Virus record (IMG/VR): IMGVR_UViG_3300047678_000069
Coordinates: 1,942-65,941 of that record
Length of the DNA: 64,000 nucleotides
Reading direction: 5' to 3' (one strand)
DNA from: a virus
Lineage: Duplodnaviria; Caudoviricetes
In this document: in pieces, positions 47,951 through 57,206 of the stretch
How positions within the stretch are numbered: position 1 is the first letter of the stretch
Layout: every line of letters starts with the position of its first letter
Made by a program: the position numbers and the translations under genes
Notes under the pieces: model-generated
Databases searched by the model: none
The model's input: the letters and a program-made list of their open reading frames with translations, nothing else
Told to the model about the DNA's origin: nothing

Positions 47951-48297
47951 TGGTCTTTCTTTCCGCCGAGTCTGGCGATCCATAGCTGTAGGGATTCATC
48001 TGACATTTCGTCAAGCTCTTTTCGAGTCAGCTTCCGTTGTATGACCGGCTTTGGAGATTTGAATTCAATCTTCATGTCGGATACATTGGTCTTCTTCGAG
48101 CCGCCTCTCTGAGCTTGTATCAGGGCTAATTGCATCATGTAATGATCAGAGCGAGAAGGACGATTCCATTCGCCCCTCATCCACTCTCTGATTACACGGA
48201 ATTCCCTGACGGACATACGTCTACGAACTTCACTGGGAAGAAGTCCGAATAGAGCTGCTACCTCTATCCAAGGTCCGTAGACTTCTGAGCGTTTTTT
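47947..48297 (-). CDS. Tail assembly chaperone extension (G-T), reached by -1 frameshift
   Basis: The -1 frame is open from the slippery AAAAAAC through MSVREF to the stop at 47947. Confidence 0.8.
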   Translation of the reverse strand, partial: KKRSEVYGPWIEVAALFGLLPSEVRRRMSVREFRVIREWMRGEWNRPSRSDHYMMQLALIQAQRGGSKKTNVSDMKIEFKSPKPVIQRKLTRKELDEMSDESLQLWIARLGGKKDQ

Positions 48298-48731
48298 AGT
48301 CGATCCTGATCTTCAATCAGTTTCTTCTTACGCTCTTCCAGTCGGGCGATTTCCTTGTCAATCGACTCAATCGTTTCTTCTTCGTTGTCCAGTTCACTGA
48401 TCTCCTTGATCTTCACCGCAAGACCTGTGATGGTCTTAGGCTTGAACTGGTTTCGAACGTGGTCAATGTGTACTCGCTTTCCGGCCTGAGGGCCTTCAGC
48501 GTGGTACAGACACAGGGAAACGAGAATCGGTTCAACGTCAGCGAGATTTTTCATCGCTGTAGGTCGACCATCCGGCCCCATTGTGGTTCGGTCGAGAATC
48601 GCGTTGCGATAGTGGCACGCCGCATCGCCGTTCGCTTCACGAATCTCGAACTTCTCCCCAGCAATAATGACGGGGACCACAACAGGACCGGATGAGTCTT
48701 CTTCAAATACAAGGGTTTCAGCTTGTGACAT
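48264..48731 (-). CDS. Tail assembly chaperone
   Basis: Between the tail tube and tape measure genes; slippery site near the 3' end. Confidence 0.82.
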   Translation of the reverse strand: MSQAETLVFEEDSSGPVVVPVIIAGEKFEIREANGDAACHYRNAILDRTTMGPDGRPTAMKNLADVEPILVSLCLYHAEGPQAGKRVHIDHVRNQFKPKTITGLAVKIKEISELDNEEETIESIDKEIARLEERKKKLIEDQDRLKNAQKSTDLG

Positions 48732-48782
48732 TGTTTCGCTCCAAACATATCGGTGAATAGAAATGAAATTACATTAGATGGA

Positions 48783-49265
48783 CTAAGTACCTGTTCCGCT
48801 TGCGGCTGTGTAGACGAAGCTTTCTTCAATGCCAGTCGTCAGGTCACGCATCGTTGGAGTGATCGTGACAGTTCCTTCAGGCATTTCGCCGATGGACTGG
48901 TCACCTGCTTCGAATGAACGAAGACCGCCGAAGAAGGCAATCTTGGAACCGTTCGGGAATGTGATTGTGACTGTGGTTTCAACATTGATCAGGGCTTTGA
49001 CCTGAGCATAGGCTGTTCCCTTATAACCTACAGTCATGGTAGACTCAGTCAGTTCCTTGAGAGTCTGGAAAGCTTTCGTTCGCCATTCGATGTTGTGCAT
49101 CGTGGTCACGTCGATTGCTTCACCGCCATCAAGTCCCGGAGGCTTGACAGACTTCTCCCAAAGCTGGATGCTCGCATTCGCTGCGAACGTAATCAGGGTT
49201 CGATAACCGTCTTTGAAGAACTTACCTGAGGGAGTAGTTCTGTTTGTGGCTACTGGTGCCGTCAT
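48783..49265 (-). CDS. Major tail tube protein
   Basis: IDVTTM...TVTITFPNGS.IAFFG lambda gpV-like pattern; gene position. Confidence 0.85.
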   Translation of the reverse strand: MTAPVATNRTTPSGKFFKDGYRTLITFAANASIQLWEKSVKPPGLDGGEAIDVTTMHNIEWRTKAFQTLKELTESTMTVGYKGTAYAQVKALINVETTVTITFPNGSKIAFFGGLRSFEAGDQSIGEMPEGTVTITPTMRDLTTGIEESFVYTAASGTGT

Positions 49266-49275
49266 TTCAATTTCC

Positions 49276-49716
49276 TTAGATCATTGTGAGGGTTAGAACA
49301 GCGTTCAAAGTGAACAAGTGACGCTTGGACTGACTGACAGCCTTTCCTGCGTCGATTGTTTGTGATGTTCTGGTAACGGCTTCAACCATGTAAGTGTTCA
49401 AACCAATCGTCACCAGTGTTCTTCTGAAGACAGTGTCCAGAATGTTTTCAATTAAAAGGGCTCGTGTTCTCGCGGTTTGATGATCAATGCCTCGCACTCT
49501 GATTTGAATGCCGGGATATTCGACCATCTCACCTGTGACTTGAATCCGACCTTGGAATTTTCCTGCTGTGTCATAGATCGTGATGCAGTTGTCTGGCAGA
49601 TCAGGTTCATTGCTAATGTAGATCGGCCAGACACCATTTACTGAGGGAAGAGAACCGCCAGAGGATGCGATCAACGCATAACGAAGAATATCGGCAGGGG
49701 TGTGTGGTAGATTCAT
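49276..49716 (-). CDS. Tail terminator protein
   Basis: PDNCITIYDT...PGIQIRVRG; gene position. Confidence 0.8.
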   Translation of the reverse strand: MNLPHTPADILRYALIASSGGSLPSVNGVWPIYISNEPDLPDNCITIYDTAGKFQGRIQVTGEMVEYPGIQIRVRGIDHQTARTRALLIENILDTVFRRTLVTIGLNTYMVEAVTRTSQTIDAGKAVSQSKRHLFTLNAVLTLTMI

Positions 49717-50066
49717 TTCTTCTCCAACGTCGTTTGAGCACTTGCCCTTAAAATACCAGTATCAACGGGAACCAATTTCTGAGACGCTGCCTGAAGCTTC
49801 AATCCGGCTTTGTAGAGAGCGGCCTCAACTGACATTCCCCGCTTAACATCCTCCCTTAGTCCCTGTTGGAGTTCCTTTCTCATCTCGCGGGCAGGTTGTT
49901 CCAAGAACTTCGCCTGCCCGCCGTTTGGATGAGACATGTCCAGATTTTCGTGTACGTGAACTGCATACTCAGCAGAGTACGAGACCACGACAGTCACATC
50001 TGGACGTTGTTGAGCCAGCTTCCTGAGAGTTCTTGCGATACTCCCTGATTTACTGATCCTTACCAT
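49713..50066 (-). CDS. Neck/tail completion protein
   Basis: YAVHVHE...GQAKFLEQP...VPVDTGILRAS. Confidence 0.8.
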   Translation of the reverse strand: MVRISKSGSIARTLRKLAQQRPDVTVVVSYSAEYAVHVHENLDMSHPNGGQAKFLEQPAREMRKELQQGLREDVKRGMSVEAALYKAGLKLQAASQKLVPVDTGILRASAQTTLEKK

Positions 50067-50334
50067 GTCTTGAGTCCACCGTTGATCTGAGTGACATTCT
50101 GTCCAAAGCTTTCTCGAATGAGTTAACAACTCTTTCAATCTGCTTGGTTTGTTCTGACTCCTGTTTCAGGACCAGTTCACTGATTGCTTTCCTCTCTTCC
50201 GGAATTAACAGTGTAGTTCCATAGTAGAGGCCGCCTGCAATCAAGGCGAGTTGCATGAAACTTATCACGTTGCTGAATGGCTGACCTTTGAACCAATGTA
50301 GCAACAGTTTCAATGATCCTTCTTCAAGCTGCAT
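50050..50334 (-). CDS. Membrane protein (holin-like)
   Basis: One TM segment followed by a coiled coil. Confidence 0.5.
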   Translation of the reverse strand: MQLEEGSLKLLLHWFKGQPFSNVISFMQLALIAGGLYYGTTLLIPEERKAISELVLKQESEQTKQIERVVNSFEKALDRMSLRSTVDSRHGKDQ

Positions 50335-50622
50335 TGTTTGGGTATATCCTATTCTTGAGCCAGTCGATGATCGAACGTTCAAACATCGAGATGAGAAAAC
50401 GTAAAATCCATGGAGACATATAAATCAAGATGGCTTCCACAAATTGTTGAGGGGTTTGAGACGGATCATAAACCTCCTTTGCTATGTCGACGATTCGCTG
50501 GATCTTCTTTTGCTTCTTGTCAATGGAAGATCTTAGCCTTGGATTTCTGGTTGAAGCATAAAGGCTCTGGGAGCAATTGTGAACTTCATAACAGGAAATT
50601 CTTAGACCAGTCCAGTCTGGAT

Positions 50623-50907
50623 TCATTTAGGCTTGAGCTCCAAGTCTATCGGAGAGTTATTGATGTTGATGTTTATGCCAGATCCAGACTTGGTGATCTC
50701 GGAGATTGTTGTGAGGATTCGAATGCCCGCAATTTTGGCTGAGACCTTTGCGGGAGGATCCAGAGTAACTTTTCCTTTGGAGATTGTTATAGTCTGGACA
50801 GGAGACAGGTCAAGAAGATTTTCTTCATGCTCGATCTTTCCCGTACTGAGCAAAGAGCTCAGCACCTTGAACAGTACGGGAGAGATGTTGATTTCACGAT
50901 CCAGCAA
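50623..50907 (-). CDS. Hypothetical protein
   Basis: 94 aa, AGGAG RBS. Confidence 0.55.
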   Translation of the reverse strand: MLDREINISPVLFKVLSSLLSTGKIEHEENLLDLSPVQTITISKGKVTLDPPAKVSAKIAGIRILTTISEITKSGSGINININNSPIDLELKPK

Positions 50908-50925
50908 TTGAAACTCCTTCAGAGC

Positions 50926-51597
50926 TCAGTTCGGGCACACTCCGCCGGGGCAGGATGAATAGAAGAATCTGGATCGTCCGCTTCGCCTTGTTGAGTATCG
51001 CTGTTGTTTCGGTGTTGAATAGGTTCTGACAGGCGAAGCCCTTGAAACTGTTTTCGAAGCCTTGGTTGAACTGTTGTGAGCATTGTCGTGGAGGATTTCC
51101 ATTTCCTTCATCGATAGGTTGTTGACTACGATGCCATGTTCTTTGAGATGCCTTTCAGCTTCTGTCGTTGACACGTTCCAATTACCTTCCCAATTCCATC
51201 TGGGACCGGGAAGTCTTTCGACGATTGATTCAGTGATTATGGTTCTGATGACGGGCTTTGGTGGATCCGGTTGTTTCAGCGGTTCTGGTTCTTGAACCTC
51301 TTTACTAGGGATCGGTTCTTCGGCTTTAGGTTCAGGTTCAGGTTTCGGCTGGAGATTAGTGACCGCTTCTTCAATGCGAGCAAGGATTTCTTTCTGCTCA
51401 TGGAAACCTGCTTTCGTGTCAGCTTGAATCGCCAGTTGAGTTTCTTTCAGAGCTCGTGCGAACGCTGCATCCTGAATCTTGGTCAGTGTTTCATCCTTGG
51501 TTTTTGTCAGATTAGTGTCGACGGGAGTGATACACGAACAGCCGATCATCGAGACAGAAGCAACAAGAATGAACAGTAACAAATTTTTGAATCTCAT
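50926..51597 (-). CDS. Putative lipoprotein
   Basis: Signal peptide with lipobox-like MIGC; C-terminal SSCPGGVCPN. Confidence 0.7.
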   Translation of the reverse strand: MRFKNLLLFILVASVSMIGCSCITPVDTNLTKTKDETLTKIQDAAFARALKETQLAIQADTKAGFHEQKEILARIEEAVTNLQPKPEPEPKAEEPIPSKEVQEPEPLKQPDPPKPVIRTIITESIVERLPGPRWNWEGNWNVSTTEAERHLKEHGIVVNNLSMKEMEILHDNAHNSSTKASKTVSRASPVRTYSTPKQQRYSTRRSGRSRFFYSSCPGGVCPN

Positions 51598-51610
51598 GGG
51601 ATTTGTTCCT

Positions 51611-52417
51611 TTACTTGAAGTAAGGGGAATTTGAATACCAATCTACTGGAGTGGCTTCTTGATTCCCCATCAAACCAATTGCGGCGGTGTTTCTGTGCTG
51701 GAGCATTTGTCTCCAAGCTTCTGGAGTGATTAGGTATGGGCCGTCAGCATGTGAATTCGCGGCACGAAGATTTCCATCTTTGTCATAGCCAAGAACGCAC
51801 ATAGCATGACCACCAAGGATCCTGTTTGAAGCTGGAGCAAACTTTCTGACGATTCGGTCTTTCGGGATCAGTCCGGAATACCATGAAATGCCAAACGAGA
51901 AGAAGCCACCACCACCAATGTAGTCAAGGCATTCATCATGGTCTTGAGGAACTTGCCAGATTGACTTTGCACGGTAAGCTTTTGCTGCCTCATAGTTTTC
52001 TGAGGAAAGGATCCTTGCTCGATCCATTTGACCGGGGTATGAACTTGGATATCCGGTGAGTTCTTCTTTCGGACAACCAACACCAACACCAATCTTTCCT
52101 CCGCCGGAAATTGTTGATCCACTGTCACGTCCAAGCAATCCGTCAATCTTTTGGGTTGCGAGATATGCAAAGATTTCTGACAGTTGAACACGTTCGCCTT
52201 TAACGAAGGCCAGACGTTCAAGTCCACTTGAAAGAGCATGACCCTGACATGAACCAATCTGACCTTGGTTTTCTGTTCGGTGCCATGAAATATCAACTTC
52301 TGCAGGGCGACTGAACGCTGACCACTCTGCAGTTTTCATTGGGGCTTGAGGCAGGTTGTACAGGAACATCCTGTTCTCAAGGTCGAGACGACAATTGTTA
52401 ACAGCGAAGTTGCTCAC
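51611..52417 (-). CDS. Papain-like C1 cysteine peptidase
   Basis: NQGQIGSCQGHA, GGHAMCVLGY, ANSH (Q/C/H/N catalytic set). Confidence 0.88.
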   Translation of the reverse strand: MSNFAVNNCRLDLENRMFLYNLPQAPMKTAEWSAFSRPAEVDISWHRTENQGQIGSCQGHALSSGLERLAFVKGERVQLSEIFAYLATQKIDGLLGRDSGSTISGGGKIGVGVGCPKEELTGYPSSYPGQMDRARILSSENYEAAKAYRAKSIWQVPQDHDECLDYIGGGGFFSFGISWYSGLIPKDRIVRKFAPASNRILGGHAMCVLGYDKDGNLRAANSHADGPYLITPEAWRQMLQHRNTAAIGLMGNQEATPVDWYSNSPYFK

Positions 52418-52782
52418 TTGTATTCCTTCAGAATCTTGGAATGAAGTTTCAGGTCATAGCCACCATTGGTTTCAAACGCTTTCTTTTCATTTGAAGCGAT
52501 GGTGTCAAAGGCAACTTTTCGCATTGCCTCTTGACCAGTAGCCAAGTGGTTCCACACTTCTGTTTCAGTTTTCAGTCCTCCTGAATCGATGAGATCAGCG
52601 GTGTCATGATTGTGTTTGATCCACAGTCGTTCGTAGTCATCGAACGCTTTTGAAACAACCTCGCTCGAGATTGGGTCTGGATCAGGTTTGGGGTTTGGTT
52701 TGTTGTCGTTGGTATTGATCAGCAATGAACCGATCAACGCCGCGATACCAGCGATGGTTCCGATCAGTTGTGTTCGGGTCAT
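52414..52782 (-). CDS. Membrane-anchored hypothetical protein
   Basis: N-terminal TM segment and PKPDPDP linker. Confidence 0.65.
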   Translation of the reverse strand: MTRTQLIGTIAGIAALIGSLLINTNDNKPNPKPDPDPISSEVVSKAFDDYERLWIKHNHDTADLIDSGGLKTETEVWNHLATGQEAMRKVAFDTIASNEKKAFETNGGYDLKLHSKILKEYK

Positions 52783-53297
52783 TTTGGTTCCTTGTTGTCA
52801 TCTGAAGTTTGTTTGTCGAACATAGTCCTTGAGGTTGCGATTTTGTTGCGGCTCAGGGCTTCGTTCAAGCGATCAACTTCAGCGTGCAAAACTTCGAGTT
52901 CACCCAGACCCTTGAGGATGTAAGAAATCTGGATTTCCGCTGGTGCGGTTGTACAGTTCTGAACAATCATCAGAGCATATGCTGCAGCTTGTGGGTTGCC
53001 AGCATTGCCGATCGGGTTTGCGGGGTTTTCGGGGTTGGTTGGTAATTGGGTTTCGTGGGGCTTCGGATTTTGCGTTTTAAGGGCTCTGGCTTGCGTTTTA
53101 AGGGCTTGCAAGTAGCCAAGCGTGGTTTTTACTGCCGGAATGGCAGCGAAGCTTGCAAGGGCCAGCAGAGAGCCAGCAAACAAAGCATATTTCAGCAGGG
53201 TTTGCGGGTTGGGTAATTGGATTGAAATTTCAGCGATTTGTGGCCACATGGCAGGTTCAGCCCCTTCCTGTCTTGTCAACAATTCCCCAGATGACAC
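52779..53297 (-). CDS. Membrane-anchored hypothetical protein
   Basis: TM segment; start uncertain. Confidence 0.55.
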   Translation of the reverse strand: MSSGELLTRQEGAEPAMWPQIAEISIQLPNPQTLLKYALFAGSLLALASFAAIPAVKTTLGYLQALKTQARALKTQNPKPHETQLPTNPENPANPIGNAGNPQAAAYALMIVQNCTTAPAEIQISYILKGLGELEVLHAEVDRLNEALSRNKIATSRTMFDKQTSDDNKEPK

Positions 53298-53427
53298 CGA
53301 TCAATGCAATGGTTCCGCCAACGATTGCCGTGGCAGTTCCTTCATCAGTGATTCCGGCTGAAACAGCGGCACCACCAAGAATAGTCATTACGTGTCGGAT
53401 GATACTGAAAACCATGTCCTTGTTCAT
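53257..53427 (-). CDS. Small two-TM holin-like protein
   Basis: SIIRHVMTILGG...IGVIWGIVDK pattern of small phage holins. Confidence 0.72.
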   Translation of the reverse strand: MNKDMVFSIIRHVMTILGGAAVSAGITDEGTATAIVGGTIALIGVIWGIVDKTGRG

Positions 53428-53441
53428 TGTAGAACCTCTCA

Positions 53442-53813
53442 TTAAACGTTTGTTGGAAGTGTGTCTGTGAAGCGGGTAAGGTTTGATGAATAACGTCGGG
53501 CACGTTGCTTGATGTCTGGAGTAACAGAGGATGTTGTGATTTGATACAGTTCAAGGTTCACTGCGGGTGATGGAAGATCACGAAGATTCCCACGCCATAG
53601 AATAGAACCAAGAACCATTGAGGAGTTCGTGATGATTGTGTCTGGTTTCGATTCGTTTGAGTTTTGGGATTCACCAGACACGCGAGTGAGGGTTGGCCAC
53701 TCCACGTCTATCTCTACTGGGGAAGAGACCGTGACTTGGTTGTAGTCGTCGACGCCAGCTTTCACCCACAAGACAGCTTTCAGTTTCTTTTCAACACGCT
53801 CAACTCTCGACAT
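53442..53813 (-). CDS. Head closure protein
   Basis: GVDDYNQ motif; gene position. Confidence 0.65.
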   Translation of the reverse strand: MSRVERVEKKLKAVLWVKAGVDDYNQVTVSSPVEIDVEWPTLTRVSGESQNSNESKPDTIITNSSMVLGSILWRGNLRDLPSPAVNLELYQITTSSVTPDIKQRARRYSSNLTRFTDTLPTNV

Positions 53814-54183
53814 TGGAATTTTCCGGTGGGTGGTCTCTCAGTGGTAATGTCTTGCCAGCGAATTCATGAGTACAGTCAGTAAGGTATTCAACTAATCCTC
53901 CGCGGATGAAAGTGTGACACTTCATGTCGACGCGGTGGCTGGTTCCGTCCGGGTCTTTCTTTGTGTAGTAACTGGTGGTCAGGATACTTGGTGAAAGTGT
54001 TGGCTTTTCAACGTCCATATTCCATGTCCACATTGGATGCATACCGGGGGTGTTCACCTTGATGTACTGTTCATGGAAATGTCCATGCATCAGCAAGTGA
54101 ATGTGGGTTGCGGTTTGTGGTGGGCAAGTGTCGAAGCGATTAGTGACAGGATTGTGAATGCAGGGGCGAGCCTTCATGACCAC
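53800..54183 (-). CDS. DUF6527-like protein
   Basis: WTWN.DVEKPTLSPSIL...CHTFIRGG.VEYLTDCTH.FAGKT. Confidence 0.75.
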   Translation of the reverse strand: MVMKARPCIHNPVTNRFDTCPPQTATHIHLLMHGHFHEQYIKVNTPGMHPMWTWNMDVEKPTLSPSILTTSYYTKKDPDGTSHRVDMKCHTFIRGGLVEYLTDCTHEFAGKTLPLRDHPPENSNVES

Positions 54184-54614
54184 ATCTCACGATAGATTGA
54201 AGTGTAGGATTCATACTCCTGTTCAGTCGAACCAATCCAAACCATTCCAAGGGTCTTCTTCCCACCATCTTTGATTTGTTGCTGGAGTTTTGCCAAATAC
54301 ATCGTGATATCCAACAACATAGCTGTTTGCCCATATTGTGTCGATTCGAACAGCATTCCGAATTGACCCTGAAAGCTTCCTGATGCACCGGATGTTGACT
54401 TTGAAGTTAGGAGTTGATCGCGGTGAGCGTACAAGTGGGCTGCAAGCCATGTTTCAATCTCCTTCAGATCATTGGCGTCCAACAGTCCTGTGTAATCGTT
54501 TGACGAGATCTTATTCACTAGAACACTGGCTGCTCTGATGAACGGGTTGACATCGATGTCTATATCTGTGCTGATTATGTCCCTTACTAAATCTTCAGTT
54601 GTTCTGATTGGCAC
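54174..54614 (-). CDS. Head-tail adaptor
   Basis: WLAAHL...STQYGQTAMLLD. Confidence 0.75.
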   Translation of the reverse strand: MPIRTTEDLVRDIISTDIDIDVNPFIRAASVLVNKISSNDYTGLLDANDLKEIETWLAAHLYAHRDQLLTSKSTSGASGSFQGQFGMLFESTQYGQTAMLLDITMYLAKLQQQIKDGGKKTLGMVWIGSTEQEYESYTSIYREMWS

Positions 54615-54721
54615 AGCTTTGTCCTCTTATAAAAACTGATCAGGGACTTACTAACAAATCTCTGATCAGTTGGTTTTCCTCGTTATGTGGGTCGGTTATG
54701 TGTGTCGACCGACGTGCAAAC

Positions 54722-55261
54722 TTAGATGCCTGCAGCAACCAATGTCTTGATGATTTCAGCTTTGAGTTTTGCAGAGCCGAGATCAACTTCGCATTCTTCA
54801 GCCAGCTTCTTCAACTGGTCGACGGTCATGTTCTCGAGTTCAGTCGTGTCCTTCGTTGGATCTGATTCATCACCTTCAGCATCGTCTTCAGTGTCGGCTT
54901 CACTTTCCTCAGAGGGAATTTGTTCCTGAGGGAAAGGAACACCGAGTTTTGGAAGAGCCAGTGGTTCAAGGTTCAGCGGATTGTTGCCGTCTTTGAAACC
55001 AGAGGTCGCAGCGGCCTGTACCTTGGCAGCGTTTGAGTCAGCGATGATTCCGGGGGGGAGTTTGTATTTGACTCGAGCGGTGTCGAGCAACCGTTCAAAC
55101 TTCAGTGAGCCGGGGGAGTTGTGCTTTGAAAGATCTTGTTCGGATTCGAATGTGTCGCCGGGAACGTAGACTACAAGTTCTTGAGATTCAGGATTGTTGG
55201 GATCGGTGCTTCGCGAAAAGGCGTGCTTTCCACGAAGAAGTTTCCACTTTGAAACAGCCAT
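54722..55261 (-). CDS. Hypothetical protein with a C-terminal Rho-N/HeH-like domain
   Basis: LENMTVDQLKKLAEE...KAEIIKTL. Confidence 0.7.
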   Translation of the reverse strand: MAVSKWKLLRGKHAFSRSTDPNNPESQELVVYVPGDTFESEQDLSKHNSPGSLKFERLLDTARVKYKLPPGIIADSNAAKVQAAATSGFKDGNNPLNLEPLALPKLGVPFPQEQIPSEESEADTEDDAEGDESDPTKDTTELENMTVDQLKKLAEECEVDLGSAKLKAEIIKTLVAAGI

Positions 55262-55291
55262 TGAGTTTGCTCCTTAGTGCATGTTTATCAA

Positions 55292-55342
55292 AAGAGAAAA
55301 GAAAATGACTGGGGGCTGAGGAGGACAACTCAACCCCCAGTC
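55292..55342 (-). terminator. Terminator after the major capsid gene
   Basis: GACTGGGGG/CCCCCAGTC stem with a U-rich tract on the minus strand. Confidence 0.75.
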
Positions 55343-55386
55343 TGACCAGTTGGATTACAACTGGGAGGGAAACTGATTGTGAAGAA

Positions 55387-56565
55387 CTATGATGTCGTTC
55401 CGTGACAGATACCACAGTTCCCGTTGAAGTCTGCCAGCAAGCGAGGCACTTGGATTGCGAGCACTTTGAAGTTGACTCGCATTCCGCCCTGTGATTCCCA
55501 CTGAACAGTCGTCGGTTCCATACCATTGATGGCCTGAGCAACGTCGCTGGTCATCTGGACCAAGAGCAGATTGAACGTTGAAGTGAAGAAGTCGAGACGA
55601 CGAACCGAACTGATGTTCTCGATGGACTGAAGACGCTGACGTAATGTCTGGTTGGGAGAGGTCATACCACTCGTGGCCAGAGCATAATAGTCATTGTCAA
55701 GGTAGCGATCCCAGTCCTTGCTGTGGTACAGCATGTATGGACCATAGCAACCTGCATCATAGAGAAGGTCACGCATTGCCAGAACTTGACCGACCGTGTC
55801 AGATGGTTTCCAGCCACCACCGGAAGGAGCAGTCACCGAAGTGTACGTGGCTCGTTCAGGGAAGTTGGTGTAACCGTAGACGGTTGGAGCTCGGCTGTAT
55901 TCCGTGGCTGCACCATAGGTGACGCCAGTGACCATGCCGATCAAGGTCTTTTCGATCTTTTCAGCGATTCTTCGACCGGCACGTTCTGCCTGACGAACAT
56001 CCAGACCAACACCTGAGTTTCGGGAGATTGTCAGACGACGCTGAGAAAACCAGAAGTCAGAGTGAGTGATTGGAAGTGGAGTTCCTTCAAGCTGGAAGCG
56101 AGTCGAATCACCACGACCTTCGGTCATTCCGTCCATGTCAACCTGAGCTTCACCACCATCAGATTCAGTTTCATATTCGAGGACCATCTTGCCCATCGCG
56201 TTGAAACCGCCGATCTGTGAAGCTGCCATCAGGTCGGTCCATGCACGTAATCGCTGGCGATACGCACGATGAACCTGACGATCGAGTTGAATCCATTCAT
56301 CCTTTCGGAGGGTCGTCGAGTTGATGACCGGAAGATCGATGTCACGATCACGAAGATCCTTGACAAGAACTTCTTCGTAGACTGGTTCAAACAAATTCGA
56401 CTTTGGGTTGAACTTGGTTCGGCCAGTGTTGACAGTACACTTTTTTCGACCATCAAGGTCGATGTACTGACGACGGAGACCAGTCTCATACCGAACGCCG
56501 GGTGTCGTGAAATCGACGCCGACTTCTCCGGGGTTGAGACTGTTGAGTACAAAGTCTGTAAACAA
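55387..56565 (-). CDS. Major capsid protein (HK97 fold, encapsulin/linocin-like clade)
   Basis: LRKDEWIQLD...PLPITHSDF...RRL; follows the scaffold and decoration genes and precedes a terminator. Confidence 0.88.
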   Translation of the reverse strand: MFTDFVLNSLNPGEVGVDFTTPGVRYETGLRRQYIDLDGRKKCTVNTGRTKFNPKSNLFEPVYEEVLVKDLRDRDIDLPVINSTTLRKDEWIQLDRQVHRAYRQRLRAWTDLMAASQIGGFNAMGKMVLEYETESDGGEAQVDMDGMTEGRGDSTRFQLEGTPLPITHSDFWFSQRRLTISRNSGVGLDVRQAERAGRRIAEKIEKTLIGMVTGVTYGAATEYSRAPTVYGYTNFPERATYTSVTAPSGGGWKPSDTVGQVLAMRDLLYDAGCYGPYMLYHSKDWDRYLDNDYYALATSGMTSPNQTLRQRLQSIENISSVRRLDFFTSTFNLLLVQMTSDVAQAINGMEPTTVQWESQGGMRVNFKVLAIQVPRLLADFNGNCGICHGTTS

Positions 56566-56641
56566 GGTTGAAACTCCTTAAAGCGGAAACAGAGTAATTG
56601 GGTTGAAGGGTTGAACGAGCGGAGATTCCGCGATGAGGATT

Positions 56642-57133
56642 TTAATAACCAGTGAAGATCACGTGAACCAACTGGTTGGCGGTTGGGTCAATGATGGTTT
56701 CGAGCAACTGGAACGGTTCAGTTTCTGGAGAACCAGTCGTTGCGATGAGAAGGCCGGTCGTGTCATCGACGATCAGCATTTCACCTTTCGTGTGGTCGTC
56801 TGCCGTACCTGAAATATCTGCGAGGAGAAGATTGAATTCTTCGCCGGGCATTGGAACGTAGCAGCGAACAGCATCACCCGCAGCGTAAGCCGTGGTTTGA
56901 TTGATGCCACGAAGAGAATCCATGTCAAGGATCAACCATGGACCCTTTGGACGACCACCGTCGGCATCAGCATTGTAGAGTTCAAAAGTGAATCGACCAT
57001 TGTTGTCGATACCAGATGAAGCCTTGATCTGAAGAATGGTTCCAGGCTTTGGCGTGATGCCAATGTCCAGCTTTCCTTCAATCCACCGACCCTTGGGATC
57101 AGCAGTAACAATAATATCAGAACCACGTGCCAT
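56642..57133 (-). CDS. Capsid decoration protein
   Basis: 163 aa directly before the major capsid gene; AYAAGDAVR. Confidence 0.7.
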   Translation of the reverse strand: MARGSDIIVTADPKGRWIEGKLDIGITPKPGTILQIKASSGIDNNGRFTFELYNADADGGRPKGPWLILDMDSLRGINQTTAYAAGDAVRCYVPMPGEEFNLLLADISGTADDHTKGEMLIVDDTTGLLIATTGSPETEPFQLLETIIDPTANQLVHVIFTGY

Positions 57134-57206
57134 TTATACTCTCCTGAATAGTGAATGTGTATTTGATGAAGCGAACAGAAACGAAAGTGATGGTTGGGCT
57201 GAAGAC

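Noticed and set aside
55387-56565. Encapsulin/bacteriocin nanocompartment
   Set aside because: The portal, protease, scaffold and tail context shows it is the phage capsid.
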